Assembly: GCA_034667725.1 (NCBI GenBank)
Contig: JAXDQS010000010.1
Coordinates: 320,001 to 384,000, forward strand
DNA from: Thermoplasmata archaeon
GTDB taxonomy: Archaea; Thermoplasmatota; E2; JACPAO01; JAHFTW01
Direction of reading: 5' to 3'
Length of the DNA stretch: 64,000 bases
Made by a program: the position numbers and the translations under genes
Shown: positions 28,664 through 38,385 of the stretch, in pieces
How positions within the stretch are numbered: position 1 is the first letter of the stretch
Layout: the number at the start of each line of letters is the position of its first letter
The notes under the pieces: model-generated
The model's database searches: none
The model's input: the letters and a program-made list of their open reading frames with translations, nothing else
Told to the model about the DNA's origin: nothing

Positions 28664-29917
28664 ATGACGTGGAAGGGGCGGTTCCTAGGGGCCGCGGAGG
28701 ACATCGGGCGCCTCGGGTTCGTCCTGGAGTCGGCGGGCAGCAAGTTCCTGTTCGACTACGGCATGGAGCCGGACAAGCCGCCGCAGTATCCGCTGCCGGC
28801 GCCGCCCATCGACCGGGTGTTCCTGACGCACGCCCACCTCGACCACTCCGGCATGATCCCTTGGGTGGCCGCGCGCTACGACGCCAGCATCCTGTGCACG
28901 CCGCCGACGCAGGAGGTCGCGACCCTGATGCACCGCGACTCGCTCAAGATCGCCCGCAGCGAGGGCTTCCCCGAGCCGTACGGCGACGCCGACATCGAGG
29001 CGGCCATCGCCCAGACCGAGCACATGGACTTCACCCACCCGAAGCCGCTGGGCCACCACACGCTCCGCCTCCACTCCGCCGGCCACATCCCCGGCGCCTC
29101 TCAGATGGAGCTCAAGGGCCCCAACGGCACCCTGGTGTTCACGGGCGACCTCTACACCCGGCCGCAGCGGCTCGTCATGGCGGCGCACCAGACCCGCTGC
29201 GACGTGCTGTTCATGGAGTCCACCTACGCCGGCCGCGAGCACCCGGCGCGCGAGGACGTCGAGCGCGACTTCGTGGCGTTCGCGCAGGACGTCAAGGGCC
29301 GCGGCGGCATCCTCCTGGTCCCCGCGTTCGCGGTCGGGCGGGCGCAGGAGATCGCCATGGTGCTGGCGGGCAAAGGCTTCAACGTCTGGATGGACGGCAT
29401 GGCGCGCGCGGTCGCCAAGATCTACGCGCAGTACCCGGACTACCTGGAGGACTTCAGCGCCTACCAGCGGGCGCTCGCCAACGTCAAGATGGTGCACAAC
29501 CACCGCGGCCGCAGCAACGCGCTCCGCGAGGCCGACGTCATCGTCACCACCGGCGGCATGATGGACGGCGGCCCCATCCTGTGGTACTTGGACCACGTCC
29601 GCAACGACCCCAAGTCCGCCGTGGCGCTCACCGGCTACCAGGTCGAGGGCACCAACGGCCGGCGCCTCCGCGACGAGGGCATCGTGGACTTCGAGCCCGA
29701 CGAGCCCGGCACCCGCGTCCACAAGATCGAGTGCGAGGTGCGCCACTTCGACTTCAGCGCCCACGCCGGCCACAAGGACCTGGTCGCGTTCGCCAAGGCC
29801 ACCCGGGCCAAGGACGTCGTGCTGTTCCACGGCGACAAGCGCGAGATGCTGGTCGACGACCTGTCCGACTTCGCGACCGTGCACCTGCCGATGCGCGACC
29901 AGGAGTTCGTGCTGTAG
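28664..29917 (+). CDS. MBL-fold beta-CASP ribonuclease (aCPSF2-like)
   Basis: THAHLDHSG, AGHIPGA, FTGD, MESTY, PAFAVGRAQE, GYQVEGT, FSAHAG, FHGD. Confidence 0.9.
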   Translation: MTWKGRFLGAAEDIGRLGFVLESAGSKFLFDYGMEPDKPPQYPLPAPPIDRVFLTHAHLDHSGMIPWVAARYDASILCTPPTQEVATLMHRDSLKIARSEGFPEPYGDADIEAAIAQTEHMDFTHPKPLGHHTLRLHSAGHIPGASQMELKGPNGTLVFTGDLYTRPQRLVMAAHQTRCDVLFMESTYAGREHPAREDVERDFVAFAQDVKGRGGILLVPAFAVGRAQEIAMVLAGKGFNVWMDGMARAVAKIYAQYPDYLEDFSAYQRALANVKMVHNHRGRSNALREADVIVTTGGMMDGGPILWYLDHVRNDPKSAVALTGYQVEGTNGRRLRDEGIVDFEPDEPGTRVHKIECEVRHFDFSAHAGHKDLVAFAKATRAKDVVLFHGDKREMLVDDLSDFATVHLPMRDQEFVL

Positions 29918-29918
29918 G

Positions 29919-29945
29919 AAGCCGCCTGGGCGATTTGAACACCCG
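29919..29945 (-). repeat. 27-bp direct repeat of tRNA-Thr 3' end
   Basis: aagccgcctgggcgatttgaacacccg identical to 30049-30075. Confidence 0.9.
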
Positions 29946-30049
29946 CCCCCACGGCCGGCGCGCGGCCGCGGGGTCCGCTCGCCTCCGGCTTGCTGGGTGC
30001 CCAAATCCCCAGGTCGTCTCCATGGCGGGCGCTGGGCGCCGCCGATGCA

Positions 30050-30122
30050 AGCCGCCTGGGCGATTTGAACACCCGACCTGCTGATTACGAATCAGCTGCT
30101 CTACCAACTGAGCTAAGGCGGC
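30050..30122 (-). tRNA. tRNA-Thr(CGT)
   Basis: GCCGCCTTAGCTCAGTTGGTAGAGCAGCTGATTCGTAATCAGCAGGTCGGGTGTTCAAATCGCCCAGGCGGC(T) folds as a cloverleaf; no encoded CCA; TTTAAA box at ~30171-30176. Confidence 0.97.
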
Positions 30123-30171
30123 ACGCGCGGGCCCCAGAGGGGCCGGCAGGCGCGCGACTTGGCCGTTCCAT

Positions 30172-31245
30172 TTAAACGCGACGACCCCGCGCCTCACCGT
30201 AGAGGCCGCGGAACGCCTCGGCCGTGCGCCGCCAGGAGAAGCGCTGGCGCACCCAGCCGTGCGCCGCCTGCCGCTGCGCGGCGGCGGGGCGCGGGGCGCG
30301 CAGCGCGGCCTCCAGCACGCGCGCCAGGCCGTCGGCGTCGGCGAACCGCCGGGCCTGGTCGCCCAGGGTCTCGCGGAACACCGGGATGTCGCTGACCGCG
30401 ACCGGCGTGCCGCAGGCGAGCGCCTCCAGCGGCGGGAACCCGAAGCCCTCGTCCACGGTGGGCAGCACGAACAGGTCGGCGCCTTGGTAGAGCCGCAGCA
30501 GTTCGTCGTCGCCGACCGCGCCCAGCCGGCGGACACGGCCCCCGAGCTTGGCCTCCCATGCGGCCTCGCGCTCGCGCTGCGCCGCCCACGCGGGGCGGCG
30601 GACGCGGGCGGGCCCGGCGTGCACGATGCGCAGCCGCGGGTCGCCGACGCGCGCGGCGGCCTCCAGCAACTGGTCGAACGGCTTGCGCGGGTTGAGGTCG
30701 GCCACGCACAGCACATGGACGGCGTCGCGGTCGGCGTAGGCCGGGTGGAGCGGCGCGTCGGGGGCGGCGGGCTGGAACCGCCCGGACACGCCGGACGGGA
30801 TGGCGTGCAGCCGTTCGTCGGGGACGCGGACGCGGGCGGCCACGGCGTCGCGCACGGCGCTGGAGACGCAGGCGAGGTGGACCTTGCGGGCCGCGAGCTT
30901 GGCGAGGCCCCGGTCGAGCGCGCGCGCCTCGGTCGGGCTGATGCCAAGCAGGCCCGCGTGGGTCTGGGGGAACAGGTCGTGGACCGTGGCGACGTCGCAC
31001 CGCGGATGCGCGACGACGTGGAAGGTCGAGTGCAGCACGTCGCGCTTGGGCCACGGCCGGAACGCGCCCTGCAGCCGCATCGAGACGAAGCCGCCGACGC
31101 GCCGCTTGCCCAGACGCAGTTCCCACGGCTTGAGGCGGAGGCGCCGCACCGGCTCGCCCGCGTCGGCAAGGGCGGCGGCGAGGTCGTTTGAATAGCGCGT
31201 GACGCCTTGCACGGCGGCGGCGTCGGGCGCGTGCAGGATCACCAC
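30172..31245 (-). CDS. Glycosyltransferase family 4
   Basis: TVHDL, PRK, EGFGFPPLEALACG, FSW; start approximate. Confidence 0.88.
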   Translation of the reverse strand: MVILHAPDAAAVQGVTRYSNDLAAALADAGEPVRRLRLKPWELRLGKRRVGGFVSMRLQGAFRPWPKRDVLHSTFHVVAHPRCDVATVHDLFPQTHAGLLGISPTEARALDRGLAKLAARKVHLACVSSAVRDAVAARVRVPDERLHAIPSGVSGRFQPAAPDAPLHPAYADRDAVHVLCVADLNPRKPFDQLLEAAARVGDPRLRIVHAGPARVRRPAWAAQREREAAWEAKLGGRVRRLGAVGDDELLRLYQGADLFVLPTVDEGFGFPPLEALACGTPVAVSDIPVFRETLGDQARRFADADGLARVLEAALRAPRPAAAQRQAAHGWVRQRFSWRRTAEAFRGLYGEARGRRV

Positions 31246-31303
31246 GCCCGCGCCAAGGCCCACAACCCTAAGCCTTTTCTTGCAGAGGCGCGAGCCCCGG
31301 CTG

Positions 31304-32326
31304 GTGCGCATCGCCATCCTCAGCACCTTCCCGCCGACGGCGTGCGGCATCGGCGAGTACGCCGCCCAGCAGGCCCGGCACTTGGAGGCCCAAGGCCACA
31401 CCGTGGAGCGCGTGCGCCTGGAGGAGCTGCGCGAGAAGGGCTGGCGCACCGGCAAGGACGGCGCGTTGCGCGCGGCCCTCGCGGCCGTGGACCGCGCCGA
31501 CCGGGTCATCGTCCACTACCAGATCGGCTTGCTCAAGGACGAGTCGCGCCGCGTCCGCGGGCTCGGCTACTTCGCGCCGCAGGCGGGGCTGCTGCGGCTG
31601 CTGCGCCGCGCCGGCAAGAAGGGCGAGGTCGTGGTCCACGAGTCGAGCTACAAGCTCTACCGCGGCCCCGGCGAGTTCGTGCAGTACCCCGTCTCGTGGG
31701 TGGTCCACCGCGCCGCCCACCGCCTGGTGTTCCACACGGAGTTCGAGCGCAAGGCGTTCGAGGAGCGGTTCTTCCGCCACCCGCGCGCCGAGGTCCGCCC
31801 GCACCACGGCGAGTTCACGCCCAACGTCGAGGCCGACCGCGCCACCGCGCGCCAGCGGCTGGGCCTGCCCGCGGGCGAGCACGTCACGCTCTGCATCGGG
31901 TTCTACACGCCGTCCAAGGGCTTCCCCGAGTTCGCCGAGGCGTTCGCCGCCGCCCTCGCCGACGGCACCCTCCCCAAGGACCGCCACCTCCACGTCGTGA
32001 CCTCGGTGCGAGTCCCCACCGACCGCGCCGCCCAGGAGGGCCTGGCCAAGCTGGAGGCGCGCTGGGCCGGCCACCCCAACCTCCACGTCCGCAACCAGTT
32101 CGTGTCGCCAGAGGAGTTCGACCTCTGGGTGCTCGCCAGCGACGTGGTGGCGCTGCCCTACACCTCGACGTTCTCGTCGGGGGTCGCCGCCCGCGCCCGC
32201 CTGCTGGGCCGCCGCATCCTCGCGGCCGCCGTGGGCGGGCTGCCGGAGCAGCTCGGCCCCGGCGACCTCGCCTACGACGGCCCCGACGGGCTGCGCGCCG
32301 CGTTCCGCGCCATCGCGGCCTCGTAG
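31304..32326 (+). CDS. Glycosyltransferase family 4-like
   Basis: STFPPTACGIGEY, GFYTPSKG, ASDVVALPY, SSGV, VGGLPE. Confidence 0.85.
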   Translation: MRIAILSTFPPTACGIGEYAAQQARHLEAQGHTVERVRLEELREKGWRTGKDGALRAALAAVDRADRVIVHYQIGLLKDESRRVRGLGYFAPQAGLLRLLRRAGKKGEVVVHESSYKLYRGPGEFVQYPVSWVVHRAAHRLVFHTEFERKAFEERFFRHPRAEVRPHHGEFTPNVEADRATARQRLGLPAGEHVTLCIGFYTPSKGFPEFAEAFAAALADGTLPKDRHLHVVTSVRVPTDRAAQEGLAKLEARWAGHPNLHVRNQFVSPEEFDLWVLASDVVALPYTSTFSSGVAARARLLGRRILAAAVGGLPEQLGPGDLAYDGPDGLRAAFRAIAAS

Positions 32327-33366
32327 ACCGCCAGCGTGCCCTGCGCGGTGCGCGTCCAGGTGAACTGGCGGGCGTGCGCCAGCCGCTCGGCCCGCGGCGG
32401 GAACCGCGCGGTGCCGGCGTGGAGGGCGGCCAGCTCGGCGCCGATGGCGCCGGCGTCGAGCGCGACGTAGCGCGCCGCGTCGCCCAGCACCTCGCGGTGC
32501 GGCGGGATGTCGCTGGCCAGCACGCGGGCGCCGCACGCCAGCGCCTCCAGCGGCGGCAGCCCGAAGCCCTCCGCCATGGAGGGATGCACCACGACGTCGG
32601 CGTGCGCGTAGAGCGCGCGCAGCGTCGGCTCGTCCACCTGCCCCAGCGCGACGTAGCGGCCTTCCTTGGCCAGCCGTTCCGCGAACGGCCGCAGCCGCTC
32701 GCCGGCGAGGCGGTGCGCGGGCGGCGGGATCCAGCGGCCGGCGTGCACCAGGCGGACGAACGGCAGCGCCAGCGCGGCCTCGGCCACCAGGTCCACCCGC
32801 TTGCGCAGCTCGGCGTTCATCACGACGAGGACGTTGAGCATCCCGTCCTGGAACGCGGCGGGCCGCTCGCCGGGCTCGGGGTGGAACCGGGCGTGGTCCA
32901 CGCCTTGCGGCACGACATGGATGCGCGCCGGGTCGGCCTGGGCGGGGAAGCAGCGCAGAATCTCCTGCCTGGAGTGCTCGGTCGGCGTCACGATGCGGCT
33001 GTGGCGCAAGGCGCGGCGCAGCAGGCGGCGGTGGTGGCGCAGGCCGCGGGCGGTGAGGCCGTACAGCTCGGGCCGCGCCACCGGCATGACGTCGTGGACC
33101 GTGATGACGTCGGCCGGCACCAGGGGCGGGTTGTAGTAGTACTGCGTGGCGTGCACCAGGTGGCGCCGCACCACGGGCAGCAAGGTCGAGGCGCGGAGGG
33201 TGAGGATGCCGCCGACCCGCAGCGGCCCTATGCGCCACTCGCGGTAGAACGGGATGTGGGGCCGCACGTCCACGCCGAGGGACCGGAGCCCGGCCACCAG
33301 CGCCTCGGAGTAGCGGGTGGTGCCGTCCCAGCCTTTGGTGCGCAGGTAGTGGACCGTGACCTTCAT
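32272..33366 (-). CDS. Glycosyltransferase family 4
   Basis: ITVHD, GVDHARF, EGFGLPPLEALACG, FTW. Confidence 0.9.
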   Translation of the reverse strand: MKVTVHYLRTKGWDGTTRYSEALVAGLRSLGVDVRPHIPFYREWRIGPLRVGGILTLRASTLLPVVRRHLVHATQYYYNPPLVPADVITVHDVMPVARPELYGLTARGLRHHRRLLRRALRHSRIVTPTEHSRQEILRCFPAQADPARIHVVPQGVDHARFHPEPGERPAAFQDGMLNVLVVMNAELRKRVDLVAEAALALPFVRLVHAGRWIPPPAHRLAGERLRPFAERLAKEGRYVALGQVDEPTLRALYAHADVVVHPSMAEGFGLPPLEALACGARVLASDIPPHREVLGDAARYVALDAGAIGAELAALHAGTARFPPRAERLAHARQFTWTRTAQGTLAVYEAAMARNAARSPSGPS

Positions 33367-33460
33367 CGGCGCTCGCTCGCACCTTGCGCCTGCATTTGGC
33401 CGTGTGGGCCGGGCGGCGGCGACCACGCAAGCCTTTCAGGGTGGGGCAGGTCCGCTGGGC

Positions 33461-34237
33461 GTGGAGAGCTTCGGGGGCTACCTCCGCATCGTCCGCAAGC
33501 GCGGGCCCCAGCCCTACTGGACCCCCATCGCGCCGGTCCATCGGCTGTTCTCCTACCCGCTGTCGTACCTCTACTGCGCCTTGGGCCTCACGCCGCTGGC
33601 CGTCACCTTGCTCGGCCTCGCCGTCGCCGTCGCGGGCGCCACCCTCGTGCTCGGCTCCCCCCTCGGCGGCTGGCAGCTCTGGACGGGCCTCGCCTTGCTG
33701 AACCTCGGCGTCGTCCACGACGCCTGCGACGGCGAGGTGGCCCGCTGGCGCATCCACCACCGCCTCCAGTCGCCCAAGACGTACCGCGTCGGGATGTTCG
33801 CCGACTTCTGGGCCTACGCCATCGTCGTCCAGGCCCTCCTGCCCGCCGTCCTAGGCTACGTCGCGTTCCAGCGCGGCGCTCCCGTCGCGCTGGCCTGGCT
33901 CGGCGCCGCGGCCGCCTTCATGCTGCTTGCGGCCTACGTCGCGGGCTTCGCGCGGCCGGCCTACTGGCCGGGCCGCGGCCCGTCGCCGGCCGACGAGTCG
34001 TTCAGCTTCGCGGCCGGCGGGCCGCCGTGGCTCCGGCTCGCGCGCAAGGCCTACTTCCAGGTCTTCGAGACCGCGATGTTCACGTTCCACGCCACGGTCG
34101 TGGTGGGGGCCTGGACCGTGGTGGGCGGCGCGCCGCCATGGGCCATCGGCTACGTCGCGTTCGTCGGCGCCGCCCTGACGGCCGCCTTCCTGGTCGGCCT
34201 GGCCCAGACCCTGCGCCGCTTCGACCAGGAGGGCTGA
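33461..34237 (+). CDS. CDP-alcohol phosphotransferase family membrane protein
   Basis: TP..VT, DACDGEVAR...G.FAD signature, multiple TMs. Confidence 0.82.
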   Translation: MESFGGYLRIVRKRGPQPYWTPIAPVHRLFSYPLSYLYCALGLTPLAVTLLGLAVAVAGATLVLGSPLGGWQLWTGLALLNLGVVHDACDGEVARWRIHHRLQSPKTYRVGMFADFWAYAIVVQALLPAVLGYVAFQRGAPVALAWLGAAAAFMLLAAYVAGFARPAYWPGRGPSPADESFSFAAGGPPWLRLARKAYFQVFETAMFTFHATVVVGAWTVVGGAPPWAIGYVAFVGAALTAAFLVGLAQTLRRFDQEG

Positions 34238-34238
34238 G

Positions 34239-35891
34239 GTGGCCGCGGTCGGCCGCAAGGCGCTGGTGCTGCTGGCCAGCCAGGTCGTCGGCTCCGTCAT
34301 GGGCTATGGCGCCATCCTGGTCATCGGCCGCTACTTCCCGCCGGCGGCCTACGGCGCCTGGGCGGTGGCGTTCGCGGCCGGCTCGCTTTTGGTCATCCTG
34401 ATGAACCTGGGGTTCGGCGAGGCGTTCGTCCACTTCGTCGCGCGCGGCGCCGACACCGGGCGGGCGCTGGGCGTGTTCCTCCGGCTGCGCCTGGCCCTGA
34501 CGGCCCTCACGGTCCTGCTGGTGCTGGCGGCCGCCTGGCTCTACACCGGGCCCTTGGGCGGCGAGCTCACCGACGCCACCACTTGGCCGGTCTTCTGGCT
34601 GGCCTTGGCCACCATGGTGCTGTCGGTCGTGCGCCAGATGCCGCTCGACCTGTGGCTCGGCCGCCAGCAGGTCCACCGCACCGAGGCCATCAAGACCCTG
34701 GACACCGCGCTCAACCTCGTGCTGCTGGCGGCCCTCGGCGTCGCGCTGGCCGCCCAGGAAGGCCGCTGGACCCCGGTGGGCCCCCTCGCGCCCGCGCTGG
34801 CGGACCTGCTCGGCGTCACCCGGCCGTGGAGCGTGCCCGAGATTGCCATCGGCCTGGCGCTGTGCACCCTTGCCGCCAAGGCGGCCACGCTGCTGCCGAC
34901 CTTGGCCTGGTGGTCGCGCGACCGCGTTCCGCCCGGCCCTTGGGACCGGAAGCTGGCCCGCCAACACTGGGACTACGCGCGCCCCATCGCGCTCGCCGGC
35001 GCCGTCGCCATCGCGCTCGGCGCCACCGACATCATCATGCTCGGCTTCTTCCACACCACGGCCGACACCGGCCTCTACGGGATGGCGCAACGGGTCTCCG
35101 GCCTGGCCCTGCTGGCCGCCACCGCCGTCGGCACCATCCTGCTGCCGTTCTTTTCGCAGGTGCTGGGCGGCGGCCGGCACGCCGAGGCCGCCCGCGCCCT
35201 CGGCCTCGCCGAACGCTACCTGCTCATCCTCACCCTCCCGGTCGCGGCCGCCTTCGTGGCGCTGCCCGGCCCCGTGCTGCACGTCGCCGTCGGCGACCAG
35301 TACCTCGACGCCGCCGTCCCGCTTGCCATCCTGGGCGGCCTCGCCGTCGTGTTCGCCGCCTCGGTGCCGCTGCGGCTCAAGCTCATGGGCGGCGGCTTCC
35401 CCAAGGAGACGCTGCGGGCCAGCATCCTCAACACGGTGCTCAACGCCCTGCTGAACCTGTGGTTCATCCCCGACGCTCCCGGCCTCGGCCTCAAGGGCGC
35501 CGGCGCCGCCCTCGGCACCCTGCTCTCCACCCTCGTCACCTACGTCTACCTGCGGCTGCGGGTGCGGCGCCACTTCGGCGTCCCCTTCTGGAACGGCCGC
35601 CTGGCCCACATCACGCTCGCCGGCGCTGGCCTGGCGGCCCTCTGGGCCCTGGCCCACCAGTCGCTGGGCGCCAGCGCGTTCGCCCACGCCTGGCAGCTGG
35701 TCGCGTGGGGCGGCGCCGGCACCCTGCTGTTCCTCGGCTGGCTGGTGCTGCTGGGCGAGCTGCGCGGCCCCGACTTGCGCTACTTCGCCAGCCTGGTGTC
35801 GCCGGGAGGCCTGTGGCGCGAGCTGAGCGGCCGCGGCGGCACCCCGCCCGAGGGCGACGACGACCCCCCGATGCCACCCCAAGGCACATAG
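34239..35891 (+). CDS. Oligosaccharide flippase (Wzx/MOP family)
   Basis: 12-14 TMs, TDIIMLGFF...GLYG.A, NLWFIP...GAGAALGT. Confidence 0.88.
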   Translation: MAAVGRKALVLLASQVVGSVMGYGAILVIGRYFPPAAYGAWAVAFAAGSLLVILMNLGFGEAFVHFVARGADTGRALGVFLRLRLALTALTVLLVLAAAWLYTGPLGGELTDATTWPVFWLALATMVLSVVRQMPLDLWLGRQQVHRTEAIKTLDTALNLVLLAALGVALAAQEGRWTPVGPLAPALADLLGVTRPWSVPEIAIGLALCTLAAKAATLLPTLAWWSRDRVPPGPWDRKLARQHWDYARPIALAGAVAIALGATDIIMLGFFHTTADTGLYGMAQRVSGLALLAATAVGTILLPFFSQVLGGGRHAEAARALGLAERYLLILTLPVAAAFVALPGPVLHVAVGDQYLDAAVPLAILGGLAVVFAASVPLRLKLMGGGFPKETLRASILNTVLNALLNLWFIPDAPGLGLKGAGAALGTLLSTLVTYVYLRLRVRRHFGVPFWNGRLAHITLAGAGLAALWALAHQSLGASAFAHAWQLVAWGGAGTLLFLGWLVLLGELRGPDLRYFASLVSPGGLWRELSGRGGTPPEGDDDPPMPPQGT

Positions 35892-35907
35892 GACCCGAGG
35901 AGGTCGC

Positions 35908-36708
35908 GTGGGCGTGGCAGGGCCGGCGAGCCTCATCGTGACGGTGCGCAACGAGGCGCGCCACCTGCGCCACCTGCTGGACTCCATCGCGCCGCAGCAG
36001 GGCATCCGCGAGGTCATCGTCGTCGACGCCATGAGCTCGGACGGCAGCGCCGACATCGCCGAGTCCTACCGGGGCCAGCTCCCCGGCCTGCAAGTGATTC
36101 GCCAGGCGTGCCGGCGCGGCGAGGGCCGCAACCTCGGAGCCCAAAGGGCGACGGGCGACCTGCTGCTGTTCACCGACGGCGACTGCATCGCCAACCCGTT
36201 CTGGGCGCAGCGCCTGGTCGCGGCCTGGGGCGGCGCCCCCGACCGCGTCGTGGCCGGCCAGACCATCCTGACGGGCTACTGGGCGTTCACCAAGCTGCAC
36301 CGGGTCGAGCTGCCCCACCGCGGCCAGGACACCACCTGGCCAAGCTGCAACCTCGCCTATCCCCGCGCCTTGTTCGAGCGGCTCGGCGGCTTCGACCCCG
36401 GCTTCGTCACCGCCGAGGACATCGACCTCAACTTCCGCGCCGTCCGCGCCAACGCCACCATCGTGCACGCCCCGGACGCCATCGTGTACGCCCGCGCCCG
36501 CGACTCGGTCGGCGGCTTCCTCAAGCAGGCCTACTGGAACGGCTACGGCCGCAAGCAGCTCACCCGCAAGCACGGCGGCCTCTGGGCCGACTACAGCCTC
36601 ACCCGGCTCGCCCGCCTGCACGGCGGTTCCCCCTGGGCGTGGCTGCGCATGGGCGCCGGCCTGGTGGGCTACGTCGAGGCCAAGCTGGGACGGCCGCCGG
36701 CGCGCTAA
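35908..36708 (+). CDS. Glycosyltransferase family 2
   Basis: VRNE, VVDAMSSDGS, FTDGDC, GGFD..AEDIDL. Confidence 0.9.
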   Translation: MGVAGPASLIVTVRNEARHLRHLLDSIAPQQGIREVIVVDAMSSDGSADIAESYRGQLPGLQVIRQACRRGEGRNLGAQRATGDLLLFTDGDCIANPFWAQRLVAAWGGAPDRVVAGQTILTGYWAFTKLHRVELPHRGQDTTWPSCNLAYPRALFERLGGFDPGFVTAEDIDLNFRAVRANATIVHAPDAIVYARARDSVGGFLKQAYWNGYGRKQLTRKHGGLWADYSLTRLARLHGGSPWAWLRMGAGLVGYVEAKLGRPPAR

Positions 36709-36830
36709 GAGTCTGAAGCATCGGCCCTCTATCCGTTTGGCAATCTGGAGCGTGGAGCCGGCAAGGGCCGGCCGCGCCGCCGGCGTTCGGCTCCAGGCAG
36801 CCAAACGCCAGAGGACGGATGCGGAAGACT

Positions 36831-37586
36831 CTAGCCATACAGGGTCGGATTCAGGATGCGGTAGGCCTCGGCGACCGGCTCCCGCCGCCGGCGCAGCCAA
36901 CCATCCTCGGCCAACAGCAGGTTGCGCCGGTTGTGCGCCACCACGGTGTAGCCGGCATCGCGGCACCAGGACCGCAGCCGCGGGTCGGCGACCGCGTCGG
37001 CGGTCGTCCAGTGATGCGTCTCCACCAGGACGGCGCACGGCCGCCAGCGCCGCGTGTCCAGGCCGGCCAGAATCTCCAGGTCGGACCCCTCGACGTCGAT
37101 CTTCAGCAGCCCAAACCCGCCCGGCGGCAAGTGCCGCTCCAGCACCTCGCCCAAGGTCACGCAGTCCACCTCGATGGCCTCGGCCTGCGATCCGGCCCAG
37201 TCGCCGCGCAGCGTGCTGGTCTCCCCTTGCAGGAAGAACTGGCGCCGGCCGGCCACCACGTCCACCACCGCCGCCACGAACCGGTCCCGCGGCCGGCGCC
37301 GCCGCCAGGCGCGCCGCCAGCGGGCGTCGCCCTCGATGGCCAGCCCCGACCAGCCGCAACGGTACAGCAGGTAGGTGTCCGACGACTCGACGGGGTGGTG
37401 CGCGCCCACGTCCACGTAGGTGCGCGGCGCGTGGCCGTCCAGCAGGTCCATGAGGACCCGGTCCTCGCCTTGGTGCGAGTAGGACCGGCGCTCGGTGGGG
37501 AACCAGCCCGGCAGCGCCCGCTCCAGGCGGTTCAGCACCCGGCCGGCCAGCCAGCGGCCTGGAACCCAAGCGTCGCCGGCGGCCAC
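36831..37586 (-). CDS. FkbM family methyltransferase
   Basis: YSHQGED, YVDVGAHHP, GWSG, LLKIDVEG; start uncertain. Confidence 0.8.
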   Translation of the reverse strand: MAAGDAWVPGRWLAGRVLNRLERALPGWFPTERRSYSHQGEDRVLMDLLDGHAPRTYVDVGAHHPVESSDTYLLYRCGWSGLAIEGDARWRRAWRRRRPRDRFVAAVVDVVAGRRQFFLQGETSTLRGDWAGSQAEAIEVDCVTLGEVLERHLPPGGFGLLKIDVEGSDLEILAGLDTRRWRPCAVLVETHHWTTADAVADPRLRSWCRDAGYTVVAHNRRNLLLAEDGWLRRRREPVAEAYRILNPTLYG

Positions 37587-37680
37587 GAGGCAGCGACCCG
37601 CCGGCTTGCCATGAGGATGCCGGCCCTGCCCACCGTCCCGCGTGGCTAAATGGGACGCCCCGCGTCGCCCGGCCAGCGCC

Positions 37681-38385
37681 ATGCGCGTCACCATCCTCAT
37701 CCCCACCCTCAACGAGGAGGCCGGCATCGGGCCCACGCTGGACCTGGTGGACCGGCAGGCCTTCGCCCAACGGGGATGGGACCTGGAGCTCCTGGTGGTG
37801 GACGGCAACTCAAGGGACCGCACCCGCGCCGAGGCCGAGGCCCGCGGCGCCCGCGTCGTGGTGGAGCCCCGCCGCGGCTACGGCCTCGCCTACAAGCGCG
37901 GCTTCGCCGTCGCCACCGGCGACTGGATCGTCACGGGCGACGCCGACTGCACCTACCCGCTCGACCGCGCCCACCTGCTGGTGGAGGAGGCCATCGAGCG
38001 CGGCCTCGACTTCGCCTCCTGCGACCGCTACGCCACGCTCCAGCCCGGCGCCATGAGCGCCAAGCACCGCTTCGGCAACTTCGTGCTCTCCGTCACAGCA
38101 CGCACCTTGTTCTTCGTCCGCCTCAACGACTCCCAGAGCGGCATGTGGATCCTCCGCCGCGCCGCCCTGGCAAGCGTCCCCTACGAGAAGTTCAGTGATG
38201 GCATGGCCTTCAGCCAGGAGATCAAGATCGACGCCTTCAAGCGGTTCCGCGGCCGCGCCGTCGAGCTGCCGGGCGAGCTGCGGCCCAGGATCGGGACGCC
38301 GGTGCTGCAATCGTACCGCGACGGGCTGCGGAACCTGCGGCTGCTGTTCGCACGGCGCGTGAACGGGAAGTGGCGGAAGGCCTAA
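37681..38385 (+). CDS. Glycosyltransferase family 2 (Dol-P-sugar synthase-like)
   Basis: IPTLNEE, VVDGNSRD, GYGLA, DADCTYP, DSQSGM. Confidence 0.9.
   Translation: MRVTILIPTLNEEAGIGPTLDLVDRQAFAQRGWDLELLVVDGNSRDRTRAEAEARGARVVVEPRRGYGLAYKRGFAVATGDWIVTGDADCTYPLDRAHLLVEEAIERGLDFASCDRYATLQPGAMSAKHRFGNFVLSVTARTLFFVRLNDSQSGMWILRRAALASVPYEKFSDGMAFSQEIKIDAFKRFRGRAVELPGELRPRIGTPVLQSYRDGLRNLRLLFARRVNGKWRKA

Noticed and set aside
29919-30075. Mini CRISPR array
   Set aside because: Only two repeats, a 103-bp spacer, the repeat is tRNA sequence, and there are no cas genes
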